Source of the DNA: Tetramitus jugosus
Lineage: Eukaryota > Protista > Heterolobosea
NCBI GenBank assembly: GCA_937625935.1
Contig: OW569357.1
Span: 1 to 64,000, forward strand
Direction of reading: 5' to 3'
DNA: 64,000 bases
Each line of letters begins with the position of its first letter. The stretch's first letter is position 1. Below are positions 10,592 to 21,412 of the stretch, one piece after another. The position numbers and the translations under genes are program-made. A model generated the notes under the pieces. It was not told the origin of the DNA, did not search any database, and saw nothing but the letters and a program-made list of their open reading frames with translations.

Positions 10592-13500
10592 ATGCATAAA
10601 AAGTTGGTAGGATGGGGCTTGGTGATCATTCTTTTTCATGTTCGATTCCACATGGTTGTTTCACACATGATCTCCTCTCGTGTGTTCGAATGGCAGCGCT
10701 TGACATCCCCACTGTCCCACCCCACAGTTCTCAACTTGGAAGCAGATTTTGGGCAAAGAGTGGCGCAGGTGGCAGCAGGCAGAACACACACTCTTGCCCT
10801 CACAAATAATGGCAACATTTTTGCTTGGGGTGACAATAATGCGGGCCAGTTGGGTGATGGCACATTTGTCAGTCGAAGGATTCCTGTTCAGATCAACACC
10901 AAGGAAATGGGAAGAGTGATACAGATTGCGACAGCAGCGATGCATAGCGCTGCAGTAACACAAAACGGTAGGGTCTACATGTGGGGCTTTAATTCCTTTG
11001 GACAATTGGGTGATGGCACATTTGATAATAAGGCAGTGCCAACCCTTGTGCAGTCCATGACATCTGTTGTTCAAGTTGCAGTTGGCATTGCGCATTCATT
11101 AGCTCTTACAGCTGAAGGTGAGGTTTATACTTGGGGTCGTTTGCTTAGTTCCGGATGGGTTCCATCTTCAAAAGTTCCTGTTCTAGTTGAAGAATTGCTC
11201 AATCAAACGGTTACTGGAGTTACTGCTGGCTTTCGGCACTCTGCTGCAGTTACCAGTGACGGTGTTGTTTATACATGGGGAAGCAGTGATCATGGGCAGC
11301 TTGGTCATGATAATACTTTTCCAAGCATACCTCTTCCAGTCGATACTACCGGTGTACTAAAGGATAAACACATCATCCAAATTTCAGCAGGCAGTGAGTA
11401 CACAGTTGCTTTATCCACTGACGGAAGAGTTTTCTCTTGGGGGAGAAATAGTCGGGGTCAGTTGGGTGATGGTACATTCACCACTCAGATGAGACCAGTT
11501 GCTGTCAATGTGAATGGTGCTCTTCTGGAGAAAATCAATATCACTCAAATTTCAGCAAATGGAGAGAATACGGTGACGTTATCGAGTGATGGCAATGTTT
11601 ATGCCTGGGGGAGCAATAAAAATGGCCAACTTGGATTCGATTTTGGAGAAGCAGAGTCGTCATTTCCTGTGCTCATTCAGACCAATAACTCGATTCATTC
11701 AGTGGTAAGGCAATGCTCTGTCGGAGAAGGACATGCAGTTATTCTGAAGAGCAATGGAGAGGTGTATTCTTGGGGAGACAATCAACTGGGTCAACTGGGT
11801 ATTGGAACAACCATCAATAGTAGAATCCCCGTTCTAGTTCATATGAGTTTATCGTCCAAAGTTATCACTCAAATTATTTCCAGTGGACAGCACTATCTGG
11901 TGGTGACAAATGATGGCATGGTGTATGCTTGGGGACAAAACTCAAGAGGCCAACTTGGAGATGGAAGTAATGTGGCTAAAAGTGCCCCTGTCCCTGTTGA
12001 CATGAGCGGTGCCCTGCAAGGCAAAAAAATTGTTCAGGTGGGTGCAAGTTTATCTGCATCATTTGCCTTGTCAAGTGATGGTAAAGTGTTCGCGTGGGGA
12101 GATAATAATGGGAGACTTGGTGATGGAACAACAAGAAATAGCAACGTTCCTGTTTCTGTTGAAATGGATGGGGCTTTGCGAGGAAAAGTCGTTACACAAA
12201 TAACCATCGGTGAATTACATACTGTAGTTCTAACGAGTGATGGACATTTGTATTCGTGGGGAGCGAATGAAAGAGGCCAGTTGGGAGATGGAACACTGCT
12301 CCGAAGAAGTGTTCCAGTTGCAGTTGATATCAATGGAGTATTGAAAAATAAGACGATCACGCAAGTTGTAGCAGGTTTCGCACATACAGTGGTAGCTACA
12401 AAGGATGGATTGATTTATTCATGGGGTGATAATATGTATATGCAACAAGGAGATGGTACAACCATCAATAGAAATACTCCCGGAGTAGTTGTTATTAATG
12501 CTACATCTCCTATCAAGAGTATTTTTGCTTCTGCTCATCATACCTTTGTCGTGACTCTGGATGGAGTGATTCATTGTTGGGGTAACAAGAAATATGTTCA
12601 ACTAGGCGAGTTGACTGGGAAGGATATTACGCACATTGCCGCTAGTGATACATATATGTTTGCAGTAACAAATGATTTGGAGATGTGGGAGTTCACTAGC
12701 GTTAACTATAATTTTTCTCAACGAGTTAATATTACTGATTCGCAACCAATTCGAAAATTTGCTTCCCTTTTTGCAGATTTCAAATTACATAATGGCTTTC
12801 TAGATATTACTTGTGAGAAAGGATATTATGGAGACATGTGCATGTCATATTCGTGCTACGGTGTGGATTCAAATGATGAGATGGTTTGTTCAGGGAATGG
12901 AGAATGTATCGATGTCGATCAATGCAAATGCAGCAGCCAGTACACAGGTATTAATTGCTCTTTTCCCCTCTGTAATGAGATATCTAGCCTCGATCGTGGG
13001 GCTTGCTCTGGGAATGGAGAGTGTTTATCGCCCAATCTATGTAGATGTAATTCTGGTTACACTGGACACTATTGTTCAACTAACCTCAATCAGCTTGCTC
13101 TGTTAGCTCTTCTCGCAATACCCCTCGTTGTGTTAGTAGGAGTTATTGTGGCTCTTTGTTGGCATGTATTACGGAGAATGAACAGAGACAAACAGATTGA
13201 GTCTGACCTACGTGCCTGTTTGTTGGAGGAGATGAGCGTCTTCGATGTTAGTGATGACGGAAATTTTTTCATTGACATGAAGGATATTAAACTGTTAAGT
13301 CGAATATCTGAAGGTGCTTGTGGTGTTGTATTCAAGGGTGAATGGAAGAGTAATTTGGTGGCTGTGAAGAAGATGAAAGTTGCAGATGATAAGTCATTTC
13401 TAAAGGAAATATCAATACTTCAGAACTTACGACATCCTAACATTCTTTACTTGTATGGATATTCATCAAATGACAATGGAGACAAGTTTCTGATCACTGA

Positions 13501-14240
13501 ATTCGCTTCTCAGGGTAGTTTGGACAAAGTTCTCTACGGCAAGACGCCTCTCAGAGATTTTCAAAAGAAAATGAACATCATAGCTCAAGTGGCTGATTCG
13601 ATGGCTTTTCTTCATAGTAGGAGTCCTCGAATTGTTCACAGAGACCTGAAACCTCAGAACATCTTGTTGGATGATAAGAACCAAGTTAGAATATGTGATT
13701 TTGGATTGAGTAAGGCTGTAGATACAGCGTTCACTATTGGAGTGACCTATGGCACTATTGGTATGTTTTCGATGGAATAACATGATATGAAATTACAATG
13801 TTACTCGATGCTAACCTTGTTTTCTTACGACGTTAGAGTATTGCGCACCAGAATTGCTAACTCACCAAGAACATGACGAAAAATGTGACGTGTATAGTTT
13901 TGGTATCTTGATGCATGAGATGTTTGTTTTGTCATCACCATACTCGATTCAACAAGGTAAATTCTCACTCTTTGCCCTCAGTATGGAGATTGTAAATGGA
14001 CGAAGGCCCCATATCCCGTTTGATCCCTCGAACTTGATGTCAGATCCAAAATCAATCGAACACTTCTTCCGTCAAAGTAATACGACAGTTCATGGCTCAT
14101 CGGTTGACATTCCTTTAGTGGTGAGAGATTACTATGTTTTAGCAACGCGTTGTTGGCATGCAGATCGCGAGAAACGACCTCATTTTGAAGAAGTAACCAT
14201 CGAACTCAACAAAATAACATCAACTATGGCACGAAAGTAA
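10592..14240 (+). CDS. Receptor-like TKL kinase: signal peptide, RCC1 repeats, EGF repeats, TM and kinase (exons 10592-13760, 13837-14240)
   Basis: Contains about 11 RCC1 repeats (WGxNxxGQLGDG), EGF-like CSGNGEC repeats, a TM segment, VAVKK, HRDLKPQN and DFG. Removing intron 13761-13836 (GTATGT...GCTAAC...TAG) restores GTIEYCAPE. Confidence 0.93.
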
Positions 14241-14308
14241 TTATCATTGTAATCATTCAAATGTATCGGAACTCAAAAAGAGATGAAAAATTTGGAATAC
14301 AATTACTA

Positions 14309-15462
14309 CTATTCATTATTATTTATAGGAAAAAGACCTAAGCTCTGAGCTTCTTCTAGAACGGAACGGTAGGCAAACTGATATTGAGATATGGTTTGAA
14401 CCATTCCCTTCCGCAAGCTCTTCAACTTCTTCACTGTGTCCTGAATTTCAAAAACAAATGCTTTCTTCCGGTGCATATCTAGATGATTTCTCATTTGTTC
14501 AGTGAGAATTGCAACGGTGATAAAAGTTCCCGTCCTTCCAATACCAGCACTGCAATGTACAATGACAGGGGCAATCTTATCGCTGGTATTGGACCGAATT
14601 TTGTCACACAACTCACAAAGTAGCCTAAAATTGTAGGTCTTACTAGGTACACCGTGATCTGGCCAACCGATGTACTGAAGATGATCCAGATCCATCACAT
14701 ATTCATCTTTCAAATACAATTGAAAGCGTCGATGAATGATTGTATTATCAGAATTTGGAACTATTTCTTCCTTGACATTTCTAACCTCCAACTGTTGAGA
14801 GGAAAGCTGGTTTTGGAAATGGAATGCCTCATTTTCTTCAGGCCAATACTTAGCACACTTTGGCACCCCAGATTCCAACCGATTACACAGCATGACGATG
14901 AGAGAGGCTTTTTGTTGTAGAACCATGTGCCAGAAATCACCTACCGTTGACTCTTTAGGTCCCTGAGTGGCTATATAGCTGGTTTCAGTGTTGGGAAACA
15001 GGTGACTTGGAACATGATTTGCATTTATGTAATCATGTGAGTTATAGTTGTGTAAGCGCACCCGAGAATGCTCATCTGTTGTTGTATTCAAAAAAAGAAA
15101 CCTTGATTGTCAGTCCCGAAGCAATTTCAACCTCTACGACTATTAACTTACATACTGGCTAAAATATCAGAAAATCGATTGAGATGAACATGATTCAATG
15201 AGGAAACAAAATGAGACTCATCGAACGACTCATCAACACTTGTACATTCTCTCCACTCTGTGACCCAACCAGTGACACCATTGAATGAATTATGTTTGGA
15301 CAAATTTGAAATGTGTGCCCCCAAGTTAGTGATTCGCTGTTCCGATGTTGCTCCCAAATTCATCTTCTCTTCTGGTGCACGTTTTAGGTCAGAGTGAAGA
15401 AGAAAAACAGAAAAAACCCCAATACTCAAGACTATGGCAGACCAAACAAGGAATGGTTTCAT
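14309..15462 (-). CDS. Classical protein tyrosine phosphatase with N-terminal hydrophobic anchor (intron 15155-15076)
   Basis: Motifs NRFSDILA/NEHSRV, DYINAN, YIATQGP, KCAKYWP, WPDHG, VHCSAGIGRTG and the Q-loop QTISQY are all present. Confidence 0.93.
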
Positions 15463-15595
15463 TGTAATTCAGTTACGGTTGTTGTGTTGAGTTGACACAA
15501 AACTGAATTTGAATAAATAAATTTGAGTGGGAAGGTTGCATGAACACGTGGTCTTCGCGCGACATGCAATGGACAATCAATCCTTGAAAATCTCC

Positions 15596-16312
15596 TTAAT
15601 TCTCCTGTGCCTTTTGGACTGACAATTTCTTGGCAATAATCTCATCTTGTACAGAATAAACAGTCTCTATGGGAATTAGTACATCCTCTCCGGCTAATCT
15701 GAGCGCGTTTTGTTCCTTCACAAAATCTGTGATGTCCTCAAACTTTGTCACAGAGTTCAAAAGAGCTTTCACAAACACACCCTTCACTCCAATCTGAATA
15801 GCCTTCGTGCGACCCACTTTGCTACCAGATGGATGATGATATGGATCCCATTGTACTCTAACACGATCTAATGAGTTCTTGGCGGTTGTAGCTTCCTTGG
15901 CCCACTCTTTCGTTGAGCTATAATGCATCCAATTGGGATCAAAGAACTCTGACAAGAATGGATCCGATGTCAAAACACCATGCTTCAAAAGTTCACTCTC
16001 AAAGTCATTCTTGTTCACAAAGAGTGCAAGAATTCGAGCTTGATTCTTGTCTTTTGTGGCCCAAGCAGCTCTGTACATCATCCAAAGGAAATTTGGCTTG
16101 ATCCATGTCATTCGTTTCGTATCGAACTGAGGACACCCTTCAAATGTTTGACTCTGAACAGCATAATTCGCAATCTGTTCATTATACGCCTGATACACCA
16201 CAATGTCATCATCACCTGAATACGCACATGTGATCTGGCAACCAGTGTACAGGGTTTTCTTGGCATCGAGCCAATGGATCTTTGGGAGTTGATCAAATCT
16301 TGGATGACTCAT
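15596..16312 (-). CDS. DUF4291 family protein
   Basis: Motifs VYQAY, RMTWIKPNFLWMMYR, VRVQWDP and AIQIG. The first ATG is at 16312. Confidence 0.82.
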   Translation of the reverse strand: MSHPRFDQLPKIHWLDAKKTLYTGCQITCAYSGDDDIVVYQAYNEQIANYAVQSQTFEGCPQFDTKRMTWIKPNFLWMMYRAAWATKDKNQARILALFVNKNDFESELLKHGVLTSDPFLSEFFDPNWMHYSSTKEWAKEATTAKNSLDRVRVQWDPYHHPSGSKVGRTKAIQIGVKGVFVKALLNSVTKFEDITDFVKEQNALRLAGEDVLIPIETVYSVQDEIIAKKLSVQKAQEN

Positions 16313-16456
16313 CGATAACAGAAAGGTATCTTGTTGTTTGGCTTGTGTGTGGTCGTGGCAACTTTTCAGAAAGGTATCTTGTTGGGTGCCCAAAAGTTTG
16401 GCTCGTTCTCTGCGTTTGAAGTTCTGCAATTTCGAGATCGGACGGCGCAGAAATCT

Positions 16457-16470
16457 CAGGGGGGGGGAGC
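16457..16470 (+). repeat. Left terminal inverted repeat, preceded by the 8-bp TSD at 16449-16456
   Basis: CAGGGGGGGGGAGC is the exact reverse complement of 21303-21316. Confidence 0.93.
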
Positions 16471-16565
16471 GAGTGTGAAATGGAAGTGAAGAAAGTTTCT
16501 TTCATCAAACAAAATAAACATATGTAGAGTAGATCCTTGTCGCAATGTTCACAGGAAGAGATAGA

Positions 16566-19500
16566 TCATTCAACGAGAGGCTTCTTGGAAGACAGCTGAG
16601 AGTTATCTATTTCAATATCTGCATCTACAGCAGTTCTCTTCTTGTTAGTTCTCTTCCTCTTGTTTACAGGCTGTTCTGATTGTTTCTTCTTCTTATTGTA
16701 CTTGCGTGGTGTCTTCAATGATTCATCACCCGCTTCTAGCAGAGCTGCAGATTCGAGCAGTTTGTATCTCAATAGCCCTACTTGGCTGTTGATATTCATA
16801 GATACATTGAATGTCTTCAACCTTTGAATACACTGCTCTTTGATCATGGTCAAAATAATCTCCCTAGTTAACGTATCAGATTGAACATCTGCTGCTCTCT
16901 TCAGTTTTCTTGAAACAGATGTTGGTGGTCGTGCAACTGTAGTTCCACTTATAACCTTCTCTAGTCTATCTTGAAGTACAGATTTGGTTCCTCTCATATC
17001 ACTGTTCTTCGCGAACAAACACAACTGTAGTTCTAGTGTAGTCAGTTTCGTGATGGCAGTAACAGTAAGCTTGTCAACATCGAATGGCAGTTTATGATCT
17101 GGTCTGATCTTGACAGGATTGGTACATCCAATACACTTACATTCTAGTGTACACCCAATTGAGCACTTACAGGATGCAGAGCAACCACTCAAGCATTTGC
17201 ATCCTGAACCTTTGCTTTGCTTAGACAATTTGATAATTGCGTTTCTCACAAGTTCTTCACTTCCATACTTCTGCAGTAGTAATCGTTGCATCATATACGT
17301 GTCATACCTTGCTCCATGCACCTGACTCAAGTCAATTTGCTCATACTCTTTCATTCTATGTTGAAAGATCTCAGACAGCTTCGCAGTCTTGTTAATAATT
17401 CTGCCGTCATCATCATACACTAGCTCATCTCCAATCAATCGTCTTGCATCCAGCCATATCACATCGTACTCTTCCAGATCTTTGACAAGCTCCTTTGCAC
17501 AGCTACCGATCCTCGATTTATCGAAACTAGAGTTGTATGCAACAACAATGCATCTGCAACGCTTGTCAACTGTCACTAATCTATAGAACGCAGAAACACC
17601 ATTCTCTAATAGAGGCTGTCCAATAACATCATCTGGTGTAATACCATGGATAGCAATACTCTGTTCACTCCATGCTTCTGGTTTGATGTGTGGATATGGA
17701 TTGAATCTGCAAGATAGAATATCATTTCCACTCATACCCTCAACACGAGCAGCAATCTCACAAGGACAGCCATCTGGGAACAACTTCAAGTTCACTGTCT
17801 CACAGTCACAATATGCAATAATCAATGGCTTCTTATATTGTGATCCAAACTGTTCCTCAAAGCACTCGTCACACTCATCATTTGTGACATCACTGCTCTG
17901 TTCTATTTGCATGAAGTGGAACACATCCTCCAGATTATCTACGTAAGTCAGCAACTCATCTGATATTGGGAAGATAGCATCACCTGTAGCATTGCATATA
18001 CCTATTTGTTGGATACTCTCTAGAGTATCATTACTATCATGCAGCATGGTTTCCAAATCAATAGCATCCAGTTCTTCATTTTGTTGAGATTCAGATGCAC
18101 TCTGCTTCCTTTCTTCAGATCTACCCAAAAGAATCTGCTGCATGATTGTGGCTTTAATCTGCTTCACAACATTCTCAGAAGCGGTAGTAGTATAGCTGTG
18201 ACACACTACCAAGTGAGACTCCAAGGCTGTTGGATAGTGAAATGAGAGGTGCGTACAGCCATTAGCCTTTTCTGGACAATCGAACCACACCTGCTTATGA
18301 CTTGTGTTGCAATGTGAGCGTATCTTCTTATGACCAGTAGTCTCACCTTGAGCAGCTAGCTTCTCTCTCATCTGTTTCATCACTTCATCTGAATGCTTGA
18401 TCTTCTTCACCTTACTACTATCCTTCTTGTGAAGCTTTGACCGTTCTATGAAGCGAATTACACATGCATTATTAATTAATGAAAATCCACGAACCTCAGT
18501 GATGGTACACATGATACGTTGGTCACTCTCAGATCGTCCACCCAGGGTACTAAGTTCAGAGGCAGTGACATATGGTTGCATACCTCGGATGCAACAGAAC
18601 AGCAATTCCACTGGTAATGTACATAAAACAGATCTGCAGACAATAAACGTAGTTCCAACTCGCTTCAAGTAGAGATGCATAAGATAGAACTGGTAGATGG
18701 TTGTTGTCAAGTGTCTACTGGTTTGAGGTGCAAGCTTAGAATCTGGGTGTGATGTACTGTTGTTCCAATTACAAATATAGCTCATAAGATTATCCTCATT
18801 GACAGTTCCCAAGGGATCTGCCTTTCCATATAGTTGTGTCACGGCTTCATCTTGAGACATGGATTTATCCATGAAGCAATCATACATCCGTCTAATTTGT
18901 CTAAAATACTCAGCAAATTCCTTCCCTATCTCCTTCTCTTGTGCAGTATACTCATCTGGAAGGTTATTCAATGCATCTTGCACTCGTTTTGAAGTTAACT
19001 CCAACACTTGGTTCATCTTCATGATATCTGGTGGATTGAGCCAACTGTCCCGTATGAAACCTAGAGCATCATTCACATTTGGACTCTTCCTGCAGAGATC
19101 TATCAATACATTCATATGCAGCTTGTGCTGACCTGGTTGCAGATGCCTGTTCATTGTTGCATTACGAGTTGCCTTCGTATTGTGACTAAAGTCGAACATG
19201 TGAAACCACGGTGTCCCATACTTTGTCATTGTGTAGTCGTTCATAAACTTCTGGACAGCATCTGATGCAAGATCGCCATCACTGGATGAAGCTATTATCT
19301 CACATACATCCTTCCTATAGAATAGATCAACGAGCAGCTTCAACTTGGAAATAACAAACTTTGTTCCATTGGTCCTGTTAGGCTTAACCCAATGCCCAGT
19401 ACGAACAGTTACCATACCATCCAAACTCTGTAACATGAATTGAAGAACTTCATTGCCCAGATCATCATCCAGCTTCACCTTATCCTTCTGTACGTACTCC

Positions 19501-20897
19501 TCTGGAGTTAATGCTACACTCCCACCCAGAACGAGATCCAATCCTTCATTGTACTTGTATCTTGGAATAACAATGATTCCATCGTACGATATCAAGAAGT
19601 GATGACAGTTAGATGCTTTTGTCTGAACTTCAATTGCAGTTAAAATCTCGGCGATACGGTCATCATTAGGAGCGCCGTAGCTTCCAACATCTTCCACCTT
19701 ATCCAGAGTATCATTGCTAGGGACTATCAAGTTGTGCTCAAGACCAAGATCTGGTCTATTTACTCCTCTGAGAATATCAATTGCTTTTGCGCCCGCAGCG
19801 TGTCTGAAGTACTTCCAAAATTGCTTGATCTCATCACTGTATCTGAATAGATACGGTTCCTGCTTGATGAAGTTATCCAGTTGATTATCTATGAATCTGA
19901 AAAAGAACCCATGTGTTTCTGACTGACTCAATGCTTGACACATCTTGAGAAATAGAGACTTCTTCTGTTCGAGTAAGTGCGGATTAATATGACTAGCATC
20001 AACATTGTCTGTGAACATAGCATCTAGCTGCACTTGCTGCTTCCTAATCAATTCATTGGCAGTGTAATAGCATAACTGCAATTGTTTGATCTTTGCTTCC
20101 TGCAATGCCAGTGTATTTGTTGATGCAGCGTTTCGCCGCTGAACACTTCCAGATTCAACAGCACTAGCAGCTCGTTGTCCTCTCTGGTCAACGATCTTTT
20201 TGCAACTACTGCATGAGGGACATCTCTGTTGTTTGCCAGTAATAGTCTTGGTACAAATAATTGATCGATAGAATTCTGAGTTATCAACTTGTGTTGCAAT
20301 GATTCCAGTGACAGTCAACAGTACGTTCAGTATAGAGCAATACTTAATAGCATCACTGCGTGGTATGAACCCGGGACAGGCAAAATCTCTCTCTGGCACT
20401 GTAACAGTGGATTCAATTACTGCGGGTGCTCGTGTAGTGTGTATTGCTACCATATTTGTACATCGTAAATTTTCACTAACGAGAGCTTTCAATCCACGTA
20501 ATCCATTACTACCGACAGCATAGACATAGTATGACGTACCATCAAGATGGAACTTATATTTGTGACCAAGCAAATTGAACTTCTCAATAGCTGTTCGTAG
20601 ATGTGAAGTGTTCCATGAAGGCTTTTTAATTGACTCTTCATACTTGGGTCTAAATGAATTCCATTCCACATAGCCACGCTGTTCTACCTCAAGGATCACT
20701 TGATCTAAAAACTGCTTCAAATAATCATACTGTGGAGCTATAGTAGACTCTGCAATTGTAGTAGTAACTGGAGTCATTGTGAAATGTGATGTAGTACTGT
20801 CCCTCTTGTAGCATGCGTGACGTGACGCAGATGTAAAATTCTTAGCATTAATATATTGTTGGCATTTGTCACAGTATCTCTGTAGAGTGAATTGCAT
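16566..20897 (-). CDS. P-element-like DDE transposase fused to C2H2, DEDDh exonuclease, CXC and SAP domains (about 1,443 aa)
   Basis: P-type transposase motifs: ISYDG, LQFMLQSL, SSSDG, FDFSHNTKATRN, LNPPDIMKM and PVELLFCCIR. Exonuclease motifs: CDCET, IHGIT, AYNSSFD and HGARYD. CXC: GCKCLSGC..CKC..C...CKC..CTN. SAP: LTTLELQ...RGTKSVLQDRL. The likely start is accATG at 20897; the frame is open to 21176. Confidence 0.88.
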   Translation of the reverse strand: MQFTLQRYCDKCQQYINAKNFTSASRHACYKRDSTTSHFTMTPVTTTIAESTIAPQYDYLKQFLDQVILEVEQRGYVEWNSFRPKYEESIKKPSWNTSHLRTAIEKFNLLGHKYKFHLDGTSYYVYAVGSNGLRGLKALVSENLRCTNMVAIHTTRAPAVIESTVTVPERDFACPGFIPRSDAIKYCSILNVLLTVTGIIATQVDNSEFYRSIICTKTITGKQQRCPSCSSCKKIVDQRGQRAASAVESGSVQRRNAASTNTLALQEAKIKQLQLCYYTANELIRKQQVQLDAMFTDNVDASHINPHLLEQKKSLFLKMCQALSQSETHGFFFRFIDNQLDNFIKQEPYLFRYSDEIKQFWKYFRHAAGAKAIDILRGVNRPDLGLEHNLIVPSNDTLDKVEDVGSYGAPNDDRIAEILTAIEVQTKASNCHHFLISYDGIIVIPRYKYNEGLDLVLGGSVALTPEEYVQKDKVKLDDDLGNEVLQFMLQSLDGMVTVRTGHWVKPNRTNGTKFVISKLKLLVDLFYRKDVCEIIASSSDGDLASDAVQKFMNDYTMTKYGTPWFHMFDFSHNTKATRNATMNRHLQPGQHKLHMNVLIDLCRKSPNVNDALGFIRDSWLNPPDIMKMNQVLELTSKRVQDALNNLPDEYTAQEKEIGKEFAEYFRQIRRMYDCFMDKSMSQDEAVTQLYGKADPLGTVNEDNLMSYICNWNNSTSHPDSKLAPQTSRHLTTTIYQFYLMHLYLKRVGTTFIVCRSVLCTLPVELLFCCIRGMQPYVTASELSTLGGRSESDQRIMCTITEVRGFSLINNACVIRFIERSKLHKKDSSKVKKIKHSDEVMKQMREKLAAQGETTGHKKIRSHCNTSHKQVWFDCPEKANGCTHLSFHYPTALESHLVVCHSYTTTASENVVKQIKATIMQQILLGRSEERKQSASESQQNEELDAIDLETMLHDSNDTLESIQQIGICNATGDAIFPISDELLTYVDNLEDVFHFMQIEQSSDVTNDECDECFEEQFGSQYKKPLIIAYCDCETVNLKLFPDGCPCEIAARVEGMSGNDILSCRFNPYPHIKPEAWSEQSIAIHGITPDDVIGQPLLENGVSAFYRLVTVDKRCRCIVVAYNSSFDKSRIGSCAKELVKDLEEYDVIWLDARRLIGDELVYDDDGRIINKTAKLSEIFQHRMKEYEQIDLSQVHGARYDTYMMQRLLLQKYGSEELVRNAIIKLSKQSKGSGCKCLSGCSASCKCSIGCTLECKCIGCTNPVKIRPDHKLPFDVDKLTVTAITKLTTLELQLCLFAKNSDMRGTKSVLQDRLEKVISGTTVARPPTSVSRKLKRAADVQSDTLTREIILTMIKEQCIQRLKTFNVSMNINSQVGLLRYKLLESAALLEAGDESLKTPRKYNKKKKQSEQPVNKRKRTNKKRTAVDADIEIDNSQLSSKKPLVE

Positions 20898-21302
20898 GGT
20901 GCTCTCTCGATTCTTCACTATTGTTTCGCAACTCTTACAAACACTTCTTGAGATGCAGAAGTCATTCTCACTGTGATTCAAGAAGATGTTTGGACACCGA
21001 TACATCCCAATCGAACCGTTTTGTCTCGTAAGTTTGTGTACTGAGAACCAACGCCAAGTTCGATTCTTTGTTTGTTGGTTCCACTCCCCCGAAGTCGGCC
21101 CAACTTTCAAAAATAGCACAAGACTTGGCCAAGATTCGATACAGTACAACAACATGGCACGGATGACTCGCAACACAAGGAATACACCTTACGATCAATC
21201 AATATTTGTTTATTGGATGATGAAACTGTTCGTGTGGTGCAATCAATGTTATATCTGCTGTCTTCACTTCTCATTTCGAAACTGGGCCTAGAATCATTTG
21301 TT

Positions 21303-21316
21303 GCTCCCCCCCCCTG
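21303..21316 (-). repeat. Right terminal inverted repeat, followed by the 8-bp TSD at 21317-21324
   Basis: GCTCCCCCCCCCTG followed by AGAAATCT. Confidence 0.93.
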
Positions 21317-21412
21317 AGAAATCTCAATTCACCAAAATCATTGAACAAGAATTTTTTTTCCACACAGAAAAAGAAGCATCAAACACACAGAAAACACAAA
21401 ACATTCATCACC

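Larger units (their letters stand above)
16457..21316 (-). mobile_element. Full-length P-superfamily DNA transposon (4,860 bp)
   Basis: Perfect 14-bp TIR CAGGGGGGGGGAGC (16457-16470 and 21303-21316), exact 8-bp TSD AGAAATCT (16449-16456 and 21317-21324), and one long transposase ORF filling the interior. Confidence 0.92.

Noticed and set aside
16319-16384. 18-bp direct repeat CAGAAAGGTATCTTGTTG near the transposon end
   Set aside because: Both copies lie outside the element on the same side, so this is a local duplication and not a TSD.
20898-21176. N-terminal 93 aa of the 1536-aa ORF call
   Set aside because: The call begins at a non-ATG codon and looks UTR-like. accATG at 20897 is the more plausible start, although upstream in-frame ATGs exist.
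16457-21316. hAT assignment (also 8-bp TSD and CAG termini)
   Set aside because: No BED finger, CxxH, RW or hAT dimerisation motif was seen. The FDxxHxxKxxRN, D.MKM and ExxFxxxR motifs are P-type.
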